Below, in pieces: positions 1 to 6,486 of a stretch of 11,916 nucleotides of DNA. Position 1 is the stretch's first letter. Every line of letters starts with the position of its first letter. The position numbers and the translations under genes were made by a program. Below the pieces are notes generated by a model that worked only from the letters and a program-made list of their open reading frames with translations, had not been told where the DNA came from and searched no databases. The DNA comes from a virus (lineage: Duplodnaviria > Heunggongvirae > Uroviricota > Caudoviricetes), in the IMG/VR virus record IMGVR_UViG_2547132488_000014, positions 1-11,916 of that record; one strand, given 5' to 3'.

Positions 1-501
1 TTTTATTGTCTCAGGGTTGAGATTTTTTTCTTCAAATTGTTTAGCATCGCCAGATAAAAATTTATTAAACTTAGTTAGTTCGCCTGCAGGAACAGTTCTT
101 TGTATTTCTACATATACAACATTTCGCTCTGGGAAATTATCTCTGCGCCATTTCATCTGTTTAAATTTTGCAGTCCTGTTAATATTTTTATCTTTTGAAA
201 TAGGCTTGTCAGTCAATTCGAATCCAATTTCCCAATCACTCATTGAATCATCCCCATAAAATGATTTAGGGAAAAACTTGCTTGGCTTAACATTTTTATA
301 AGCGAGAGCTACAGCACCTAATATAGTCGACTTCCCTCCACCATTAGTCCCGATAAGAGCTGTAACTGGTGTTTTAAACTCCACAATTTCCTCATCAAAC
401 CCTCTGACATTTTTTAATGTGATACGTTTAACATATTGATTGAATTTATTATCTTGAACCTTACCCCTTTCTAACTTCAATTCTGCTGGAGATAATTTCA
501 T
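1..501 (-). CDS. P-loop NTPase with SMC/ABC-type Walker A motif; N-terminal 167 codons only, 3' end beyond the left window edge
   Basis: Manual minus-strand translation from ATG (499-501) is open to position 1: MKLSPAELKLERGKVQDNKFNQYVKRITLKNVRGFDEEIVEFKTPVTALIGTNGGGKSTILGAVALAYKN... Walker A GTNGGGKST. AAGGA Shine-Dalgarno about 6-8 nt upstream; in-frame stop immediately upstream (511-513). Absent from the ORF track because it has no stop inside the window. Visibly AT-rich compared with the tail genes. Confidence 0.65.
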   Translation of the reverse strand, partial: MKLSPAELKLERGKVQDNKFNQYVKRITLKNVRGFDEEIVEFKTPVTALIGTNGGGKSTILGAVALAYKNVKPSKFFPKSFYGDDSMSDWEIGFELTDKPISKDKNINRTAKFKQMKWRRDNFPERNVVYVEIQRTVPAGELTKFNKFLSGDAKQFEEKNLNPETIK

Positions 502-534
502 TTTAATTCCTTAGTTATAATCACAATAAACATC

Positions 535-579
535 AACTTCACACTAATAATTTCATTTAGAAATTATTAGTGTGAAGTT
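535..579. repeat. Perfect inverted repeat: 20-bp arms (535-554 and 560-579) around a 5-bp spacer
   Basis: AACTTCACACTAATAATTTC / attta / GAAATTATTAGTGTGAAGTT; arms are exact reverse complements. Lies 34-78 bp upstream of the ATPase start codon, so a candidate operator or insulating hairpin. Confidence 0.9.
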
Positions 580-596
580 TATAACCAAACAGACGT

Positions 597-668
597 TTCA
601 TCGCTTCATCGCTTCATCGCTTCATCGCTTCATCGCTTCATCGCTTCATCGCTTCATCGCTTCATCGC
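597..668. repeat. Tandem array of nine perfect copies of the octamer TTCATCGC (GCGATGAA on the - strand)
   Basis: Direct reading: units start at 597, 605, 613, 621, 629, 637, 645, 653, 661, with partial units on both flanks. Intergenic, 96-167 bp upstream of the ATPase start. No intervening spacers, so not a CRISPR array. Confidence 0.95.
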
Positions 669-887
669 TTACCAATATATGTCTTCTCGTTACATAAGAA
701 AAGCATCAGCTGAACGTAATGTCGGAAGCCCCATTGGAAAACCGTCACACCTAATAAATTCAGTACGTTATAAAACAGGGTTGTGATATTTTAAGCCAGT
801 ACCCATGCTAGTAAATATCTACTTAATACATTGATTTTTATGTGTTAAATAAAATCGTTGCCTACATATTGCCTCACTTCGACAGTA

Positions 888-907
888 AGCCCGCAACGTT
901 GCGGGCT
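888..907 (-). terminator. Palindromic GC-rich hairpin 5 nt downstream of the methyltransferase stop codon; putative terminator
   Basis: AGCCCGCAACGTTGCGGGCT is a perfect 20-bp palindrome. The U-tract is better in the + direction (TTTGTCTT) than in the - direction, so terminator function for the - strand operon is uncertain. Confidence 0.45.
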
Positions 908-912
908 TTGTC

Positions 913-1704
913 TTATGCTTCGATCGCCGTTTTGAGCCGTTGTGTTGCTACATCAAAATAATGATCACTGGTTTCTATACCAATAAATTTGCGTCCTGCT
1001 TTCAGCGCTGCAACACCCGTTGTTCCCGATCCCATAAAAGGATCAAGGACTGTTCCACCACTATTCGCAGTCCTGACCAGTTCTGCCATAAGTTCTTCTG
1101 GTTTTCCGGTCGGGTGCATTTTCTTTGATGGGATAACCGGGAACGTCATGCAGCCGTCGAACGGTCCCGAAGGCGATTTATCTAAATGGCCTTTACTGCC
1201 CCAGACGATGTATTCGCACTGATGCCGGAAATACCCCGTATGGGGTGTTCGTGACCCCCTTCCTTTGTTCCACGCAATGATGCCGCGCCATGTAAAGCCA
1301 CTGGCCTGAAACGCATCGGTTAAAGCTGGTAATTGTCGCCAGTCAGTAAATACCAGGGCATAACCGCCCGGCCTGACTGCGCGGTGTGCCTGTGCCATCC
1401 ATAATTGTGTCCAGTAAGCCCACGAACGGGCGTCCATGTTTTCACCCGCGAACCCATCAAAACGGTGAAGGCTCTCGCCGTTCAGATATTTTGCATGGCT
1501 GCCCTGGTTGGTGCGTCCGGCCTTGTGTGTCGCACCCGAACTGTAAGGCGGGTCAGTGATTAAGGCATCAATGCTTTCTGGCTCAATCAGCGGCAATATT
1601 TCCAGCGCATTCCCACGACAGAGCGTGGCATTGTCAGTCTGATAAACCTTAGTGTGTTCCGGTGTATGTGCTGGTTGGTGCTGGATTGCGATCCCCACGG
1701 TCAT
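913..1704 (-). CDS. DNA amino-methyltransferase, beta-class (N6-adenine or N4-cytosine), orphan: no cognate restriction gene in the window
   Basis: 263-aa ORF with motif IV DPPY (ITDPPYSS) N-terminal to motif I FxGxG (DPFMGSGTT), the circularly permuted order typical of beta-class N6A/N4C methyltransferases. ATG at 1702-1704. Confidence 0.88.
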   Translation of the reverse strand: MTVGIAIQHQPAHTPEHTKVYQTDNATLCRGNALEILPLIEPESIDALITDPPYSSGATHKAGRTNQGSHAKYLNGESLHRFDGFAGENMDARSWAYWTQLWMAQAHRAVRPGGYALVFTDWRQLPALTDAFQASGFTWRGIIAWNKGRGSRTPHTGYFRHQCEYIVWGSKGHLDKSPSGPFDGCMTFPVIPSKKMHPTGKPEELMAELVRTANSGGTVLDPFMGSGTTGVAALKAGRKFIGIETSDHYFDVATQRLKTAIEA

Positions 1705-1846
1705 AACTCCTCATGTGTGTGGGGTGCTCGATGGCTCTCGTTATCTGGTTAAGTGTTTTGCAGCGCGGACATTTTATTTCAATGTAGTGAAATGAGGCGC
1801 GGGCAAGTAGTTTGTTGCAATTTTTGCATCGTACATTTTGCGTCAT
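1649..1846 (-). CDS. com: Com-like zinc-finger protein (phage Mu Com family translational activator), overlapping the methyltransferase start
   Basis: Translation MTQNVRCKNCNKLLARASFHYIEIKCPRCKTLNQI... has a CxxC-N16-CxxC zinc ribbon closely resembling Mu Com as recalled (RCKNCNKLL...HIEI.CPRCK). ATG at 1844-1846 with AGAGG Shine-Dalgarno 8 nt upstream; an in-frame GTG at 1853-1855 is the alternative start. Stop at 1649-1651 is 55 nt inside the methyltransferase ORF, in a different frame. Confidence 0.7.
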   Translation of the reverse strand: MTQNVRCKNCNKLLARASFHYIEIKCPRCKTLNQITRAIEHPTHMRSYDRGDRNPAPTSTYTGTH

Positions 1847-1893
1847 TTGCGGCACCTCTTGTGTGGTTACTGCTGCCGATATGATAACAAATC

Positions 1894-1928
1894 GATCGTT
1901 TTTATCGATCGGATTTATTGCATCGATC
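1894..1928. promoter_or_regulatory. Cluster of three GATC (Dam) sites, each within ATCGATC, in the presumed promoter region of the com-methyltransferase operon
   Basis: GATC at 1894-1897, 1907-1910 and 1925-1928, embedded in aATCGATCg, tATCGATCg and cATCGATCt. Lies 50-80 bp upstream of the com start on the - strand. Resembles the three-GATC regulatory region upstream of the Mu mom promoter. Confidence 0.4.
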
Positions 1929-1976
1929 TGTTATGCCTATTGCTTATGTATGGTGCCCTCATTTGTGAGGGTAGCA

Positions 1977-2010
1977 AAAAGAAAACCCGCAGTTTTTACG
2001 CTGCGGGTTT
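1977..2010 (-). terminator. Rho-independent terminator downstream of the TM2-domain gene
   Basis: Stem 1985-1992 ACCCGCAG pairs with 2001-2008 CTGCGGGT, extendable by two A:T pairs. On the - strand it is followed by UCUUUUUG. Sits about 25 nt after the TM2 gene stop (2036). Confidence 0.7.
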
Positions 2011-2035
2011 GTTGTTCTGATTCGCCCACTAGGCA

Positions 2036-2332
2036 TTAGCCATATTTGCGGGCAAAGTCTTCATCAGAGGTGCATAGATAGATAAAAAACTCAATAAATG
2101 CCACGATTGCCGGAATGAATGTCCAGCAAAAAATAAGGTAAAGGAATCCTTGCCCCACTTTACCTAAATAAAATTTGTGTGCACCAAGACCACCTAAAAA
2201 GAAAGCCAGTAGTGCGGCTGTCATTCTGCTTTTTGAACTTGCTGTTCTTTGAGGTGCTCCACAATTGGGGCAGGATGTGGCATCTTTATGTATTTCCTTG
2301 CCGCATCCGCGACAAAATACCATTTCACTCAT
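2036..2332 (-). CDS. Small membrane protein with N-terminal zinc ribbon and TM2 domain
   Basis: 98-aa ORF: CRGCGKEIHKDATSCPNCGAP (two CxxC) followed by two hydrophobic helices and a GGLGAHKFYLG motif typical of TM2-domain proteins. AAAGGAAC Shine-Dalgarno upstream of ATG at 2330-2332. Confidence 0.8.
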   Translation of the reverse strand: MSEMVFCRGCGKEIHKDATSCPNCGAPQRTASSKSRMTAALLAFFLGGLGAHKFYLGKVGQGFLYLIFCWTFIPAIVAFIEFFIYLCTSDEDFARKYG

Positions 2333-2467
2333 AAAGAGTTCCTTTCAAATTTAAATAAGCGTTAAGCCCACCACTCTTACTGGTGGGCCTCAATTTAAAT
2401 TTGGGTGCCACTTCGACCATACCTTGGCAACCGATTGACGGGGGATTGCTCCCCCGTCGCGGTTTCC

Positions 2468-2608
2468 TTACTGCTTACACTGTAAGAACGCCGCAAACTC
2501 CGCTCCCCAGAAGCTCATCCGTATTTCACACAGCGAACCGTGTAGCATCCAGATGATGAGGATTACCGTCACGCAGAACGTGATGGCCGTAAGCGATTTT
2601 TGCGACAT
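2468..2608 (-). CDS. hok: Hok/Gef-family type I toxin (small membrane-active killer peptide), 46 aa
   Basis: Manual translation MSQKSLTAITFCVTVILIIWMLHGSLCEIRMSFWGAEFAAFLQCKQ: short polar N-terminus, one transmembrane helix, SLCEIR identical to plasmid R1 Hok, and AAFLxCK tail as in HokA. AAGGAG Shine-Dalgarno about 7 nt upstream of ATG (2606-2608); TAA stop at 2468-2470. Below the length cut-off of the ORF track. Confidence 0.7.
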   Translation of the reverse strand: MSQKSLTAITFCVTVILIIWMLHGSLCEIRMSFWGAEFAAFLQCKQ

Positions 2609-2799
2609 AGCGCTTGCTCCTTTGTTGGAGAGGCGCTAACCTATCACTTGCTTAAGGTAGATATGTTAGGGCCTCGGTTAAACAAAAATGTTTTCCGGGG
2701 CCTTTCCACATCTGGCCTTCGGGTATTCCCTCCGACCATCAGCCGAAAGGCACCCGCGCGTAATCTATCGCTTTTTTGTTACTCCGGCAATTCTGCCTG

Positions 2800-3060
2800 T
2801 TAATTCTGAGGTAAAGGCAAACTCATCTGATTGTTTCCCCTGTGTGAAGCTGGCAGTTCATGCCACGGGATACCTTCTGAAGAGTGAACGCCGGAGGCAT
2901 GTTTCGATGTGAATTTATGGAAAGCTTCCAGTGTTGAGAAGCATACGCCGCATTCCAGATTGTTACACTGGTAATACTTTTGCCGCACGGTGTTTGAATC
3001 ATTTTCCGGACGACTGGTGCGGATACGGGCAGATGCGCCACAAAGCGGACAACGGAACAT
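2800..3060 (-). CDS. ogr: Ogr/Delta-family zinc-finger transcriptional activator of phage late genes
   Basis: Begins MFRCPLCGASARIRTSR...YYQCNNLECGVCF, matching the N-terminus and Cys spacing of P2 Ogr as recalled (MFHCPLC...). Immediately downstream of gpD, as in P2. Confidence 0.85.
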   Translation of the reverse strand: MFRCPLCGASARIRTSRPENDSNTVRQKYYQCNNLECGVCFSTLEAFHKFTSKHASGVHSSEGIPWHELPASHRGNNQMSLPLPQN

Positions 3061-3102
3061 AGCGACCTCCCTTAACGTGGTGCTGCCGCTATTCTAAGTT
3101 GC

Positions 3103-4212
3103 TCACTCTGTTTCCGCTATCCATTCCGGGATTTTTGCCTCAAGCTCAAGCTGCGTGGTAAAGCCGCTGTTATCAATGGTGTGCTCGGCTTTTGCAATAA
3201 TCCAGTCCTGATTATCAATCTCGCTTTTAAATCCTGTTACCGTGCCATGCATTTCGGGGTAGAGTTCTGCACGTCCACGCGCCAGCGTGATGGAGAATGA
3301 TGCGGCTCCGCGTTGTAGCTGCTGCCACTTTGCCGCCGCTGCGCGTCTTGCTGCCTGCTCGTTCTGATAAGTCTTGCGTAACACAAACACATTGCCTTCC
3401 GCGCCTTCCATATAATCACCTTCACGGCTGCTGCTTTTCTCCTTTTTGGGCTTGGGCGGTTTGCGGCGTTTCACGCTGACTTTTTTCTTTTTCCCGTAAT
3501 TAAGATCAAGCCAGTAAGCGCGTACCCCCGTATACGCTTCGCGGTCAGCAATGCGGAACTGATGGCGATCGCCGCTGCTGCGTGTGATGGCAAACGATGG
3601 CAACGGCTGGCCCTGTGCGTTCACGCCGCCGCCGGGCATGATGAATAACAGATTACCGCTTTTTACCGTGGTGATTGCGCCCAGCATTTCCGCCATGCGC
3701 GTAAGGAAGGACATGTCGCTTTCTTCGGTCTGGTCGGCGTGGTCGATTTCGATATCCATCAGCATTTCGCTGATTTGCGGTTTCAGACCATACCGATGAG
3801 CGATGGCGGATACCACACGCTCAACGGTCACATCATGCCAGGACACCTCACGTTTAACGTTAAATTCATCCCGAAAATCTGCGCTTCTGGCTGAAACAGT
3901 CAGCCTGTCCGGCGGTCCTTCGTGAGCGATTTCATCAACAATGTAAGTGCCTTTTTCTGTCAGCGGTTCTCCCTTCCAGCCAATGAGAACCGTCAGGCGC
4001 GCGCCCCGTGGCGGTAGCTGCAACTGACCATCCGCATCATCCAGCATGATGGTGAGCTGGTCCGCCTCAAATCCCCGGTTGTCGGTCAGTGACAGGCTCA
4101 TCAGGCGCTCTGCCACGCCTGACAGCGTTTTACCCTCCGCGAGAATATCAAAATCCGGCATTTTCACGGGGTCTGTGCCCTGACTGAGCAATTGCATGGT
4201 GGTGTCGGTCAT
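3103..4212 (-). CDS. D: Tail protein gpD (P2 late control gene D family)
   Basis: Large ORF directly upstream of ogr on the same strand, about the size of P2 gpD. Start set at the internal ATG (4210-4212; MTDTTMQLL...), preceded by GGGAGGGAG. The ORF-track start at 4344 adds 44 residues with no ribosome-binding site. Confidence 0.85.
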   Translation of the reverse strand: MTDTTMQLLSQGTDPVKMPDFDILAEGKTLSGVAERLMSLSLTDNRGFEADQLTIMLDDADGQLQLPPRGARLTVLIGWKGEPLTEKGTYIVDEIAHEGPPDRLTVSARSADFRDEFNVKREVSWHDVTVERVVSAIAHRYGLKPQISEMLMDIEIDHADQTEESDMSFLTRMAEMLGAITTVKSGNLLFIMPGGGVNAQGQPLPSFAITRSSGDRHQFRIADREAYTGVRAYWLDLNYGKKKKVSVKRRKPPKPKKEKSSSREGDYMEGAEGNVFVLRKTYQNEQAARRAAAAKWQQLQRGAASFSITLARGRAELYPEMHGTVTGFKSEIDNQDWIIAKAEHTIDNSGFTTQLELEAKIPEWIAETE

Positions 4213-4369
4213 CTGCTCCCTCCCTGTGTGGCATGGTCGCATGTGCGTGCGGAGGGGGTTACTGCTTTTTGTTGTCGCCGTGGCGGGAGAATGGCGCAGG
4301 GGTGAGATTGCGCGCGTGGTGGGTGATGATTGTTGCCGAATCATTTAACGGATACAAGGGGCTGAAGCT

Positions 4370-5554
4370 ATGAGTGAAACTCGTTTTCATGGTGCCCGTG
4401 TTACGGAAAATACCGACCTGGTAACAGCGATTAACGATGTTGATTCCAGCGTTATCGGTATCGTGGCAACGGCGGATGATGCGGACGCGAAGCTGTTCCC
4501 GCTGAACAAGCCCACACTGCTGACCCGCGTCAATGACGTGCTGGGAAAATGCGGGACAACGGGGACGCTTTATCGTGCGCTTAAGGCCATCGCAGACCAG
4601 GTGAGCACAAAGGTGATCGTCGTTCGCGTGGCTGAACACAAAGAAGAAGACGGAAAAACGCAGGATCAACTGGTTATCGGTGGTTCTGAATCTGACGGCA
4701 GCTATACGGGGATGTATGCGCTGCTTGTTGCAGAGCAGGATGAAAGCATCGGATACCGTCCGCGTATTCTGGCCGCGCCGGAGCTGGACACGGAGGCGGT
4801 GACAAAATCCCTGTGCGTGATTGCGGGTAAACTGCGCGCGTTTGTGTATGCCTCATGTCACGGCTGTAACACGATGGCTGAGGCAATTACCTACCGCCAG
4901 AAATTCAACGAACGAGAGGTGATGCTCTTATGGCCGGACTTCATCGCCTACAACCCGAAAAGTGGCAAAAACGAAACGTTCCCCGCGCCTGCCTATGCGT
5001 GCGGCCTTCGTGCGTACATTGACCATGAACAGGGCTGGCACAAATCGCTGTCCAACGTTCCGGTTAAAAATGTGCTGGGGATGTCCGGGCATGTGTTCTG
5101 GTCGTTGCAGGCCGAAGACAGTGATGCCAACAGCCTCAACAACAAAGAAATCACGACCATTATTCGTCGCAACGGGTTCCGCTTCTGGGGCAACCGCACA
5201 CCGGAAACGAACGCCTACATCTTTGAGGTGTATACCCGAACCGCACAGGTGCTGGCTGATTCAATTGCGGAAGCGCAGTTTGAAACCATCGACAGTCCGC
5301 TGACGCCTGCGAACGTGAAGGATGTTATCAGCGCCATCAGGGCAAAACTGGATTCACTGGTGACTGCCGGGAAACTGATTGGGGCGTCGTGCTGGTATGA
5401 CGTGGTGGATAACGGCACCACGAATTTACGTCAGGGGCGCGTGCGTATTCGCTACAAATATACGCCAGTTCCCCCGCTGGAAGACATGGAGCTTTACCAG
5501 TCGTTTACTGATGAATTCTTTGGTCCCGCATTTGCGGTGCTGGGAGGTGCCTGA
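4370..5554 (+). CDS. FI: Contractile tail sheath protein (gpFI)
   Basis: 394 aa, first gene of a sheath-tube-chaperone-tape measure-gpU series; size and position as in the P2 FETUD operon. AAGGGG Shine-Dalgarno 9 nt upstream of the ATG. Confidence 0.88.
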   Translation: MSETRFHGARVTENTDLVTAINDVDSSVIGIVATADDADAKLFPLNKPTLLTRVNDVLGKCGTTGTLYRALKAIADQVSTKVIVVRVAEHKEEDGKTQDQLVIGGSESDGSYTGMYALLVAEQDESIGYRPRILAAPELDTEAVTKSLCVIAGKLRAFVYASCHGCNTMAEAITYRQKFNEREVMLLWPDFIAYNPKSGKNETFPAPAYACGLRAYIDHEQGWHKSLSNVPVKNVLGMSGHVFWSLQAEDSDANSLNNKEITTIIRRNGFRFWGNRTPETNAYIFEVYTRTAQVLADSIAEAQFETIDSPLTPANVKDVISAIRAKLDSLVTAGKLIGASCWYDVVDNGTTNLRQGRVRIRYKYTPVPPLEDMELYQSFTDEFFGPAFAVLGGA

Positions 5555-6066
5555 TGGCTGTACCAAAACATCTTCGCTTTTTTACGCTGTTTGTGGATGG
5601 TGAAAACGAAGTGGGTAAGGTGACGTCCGTCACCCTGCCTAAACTGACGCGCAAAACCGACAGCTACCGGGGTGGCGGCATGATGGGAGCGGTAAGTATT
5701 GATCTCGGCCTGGATGACTCCGCGCTTGATGCGAGCTTTGTCATGGGGGGCGCAGTTCGTGAGCTGTTCCTTAAGTATGGCGGCACGATTGACGGCACGC
5801 TGCTGCGTTTTGCGGGTGAATACTACACCGATGCAGAAAGCGACCTGTATGAAGTCGAAATGCGCGGACGTGTGACGGAAATTGATATGGGGGAAGCCAA
5901 ACAGGGCGAAGCCACATCACACACTTACGCCATTAAAAACACCTACTACAAGCTGAGTGTTAACGATCGCCCGTTGTGGGAGATTGACCTGCTGAACTTC
6001 ATCTACCGGAAGGACGGCAAGGACATTGTGCCTGACCGTATCCGTTCCGCGCTTGGGCTTGGCTGA
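5554..6066 (+). CDS. FII: Tail tube protein (gpFII)
   Basis: 170 aa directly after the sheath gene; its ATG overlaps the sheath stop (TGATG), indicating translational coupling; GGGAGGTG upstream. Confidence 0.85.
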   Translation: MAVPKHLRFFTLFVDGENEVGKVTSVTLPKLTRKTDSYRGGGMMGAVSIDLGLDDSALDASFVMGGAVRELFLKYGGTIDGTLLRFAGEYYTDAESDLYEVEMRGRVTEIDMGEAKQGEATSHTYAIKNTYYKLSVNDRPLWEIDLLNFIYRKDGKDIVPDRIRSALGLG

Positions 6067-6120
6067 TAAGTAATATGCAGGCGGCGCAGTGCGTCGCCTC
6101 TGACTGAAAGGAGTTTCCTG

Positions 6121-6486
6121 ATGAAAGAGACGAAAAACATCGATACCGAAAACACGGTAGTTACTGACACTGTGAAAGAAACCAGTGAGCGTGGCGTAAA
6201 ACTTACCCAACCCATTGAGCGAGGCGACGAAAAAATCACGTATGTGGAGATCACCGGGGCTATTGAGCAGGCTGGATCTCTGCGAGATTTGTCGCTGTCT
6301 GATGTGCTGAATCTGAAAGCGGAATCCATGTTTACGCTGCTGTCACGCGTGACATCACCGCGACTGGATGAAGTGACGATCAAAAAAATGGCATCCCGTG
6401 ACTTTATTCAGTTATGTGTGGTTGCCGTAAATTTTTTGAGCGGTGCGGACTCTGGCGGGAAGAACGAACAGGCGACGGAAGCCTGA
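6121..6486 (+). CDS. E: Tail assembly chaperone gpE (zero-frame product)
   Basis: 121-aa ORF between tube and tape measure genes; contains the slippery heptamer near its 3' end. Confidence 0.82.
   Translation: MKETKNIDTENTVVTDTVKETSERGVKLTQPIERGDEKITYVEITGAIEQAGSLRDLSLSDVLNLKAESMFTLLSRVTSPRLDEVTIKKMASRDFIQLCVVAVNFLSGADSGGKNEQATEA

Noticed and set aside
17-259. 80-aa + strand ORF from the ORF track
   Set aside because: Lies antisense within the well-supported - strand ATPase ORF; AT-rich, low-complexity, no ribosome-binding site.
597-668. Octamer array as a CRISPR array
   Set aside because: Units are 8 bp and directly abutting with no spacers; no cas genes visible.
2661-2690. Second gix-like site (CCTCGGTT core)
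   Set aside because: Only the 8-bp core matches; both flanking half-sites diverge from the invertase-site consensus.
2340-2800. tRNA or attachment site expected next to ogr
   Set aside because: No tRNA-like sequence (no GGTTCGAATCC-type T-loop with acceptor-stem complement) and no integrase; the region instead encodes the hok-like gene and hairpins.
2609-2800. mok-like overlapping reading frame or Sok-like antisense RNA for the hok-like gene
   Set aside because: Upstream ATGs on the - strand give short frames that stop before hok. A + strand hairpin (GGCCTCGG...CCGGGGCC) has only a 3-nt T-tract. Cannot be called without folding or expression data.
2600-2912. + strand ORFs 2600-2803 and 2688-2912
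   Set aside because: Antisense to the hok leader and ogr, no ribosome-binding sites; more likely chance frames, though an antisense RNA here is not excluded.
4213-4344. 44-codon N-terminal extension of the gpD ORF (track start at 4344)
   Set aside because: The internal ATG at 4210-4212 has a strong GGGAGGGAG Shine-Dalgarno and gives a P2 gpD-like N-terminus; the extension is Ser/Thr/Pro/Arg-rich and has no ribosome-binding site.
4213-4369. Ogr-dependent late promoter boxes (TGT-N12-ACA) in the D-FI divergent intergenic region
   Set aside because: No exact TGT-N12-ACA element found by eye; only a short CGCCGTGGCG near-palindrome. Promoter assignment would be speculative.
4259-4669. 136-aa - strand ORF overlapping the D-FI intergenic region and the sheath gene start
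   Set aside because: Antisense to the sheath gene, no ribosome-binding site, composition typical of a spurious ORF in GC-rich DNA.
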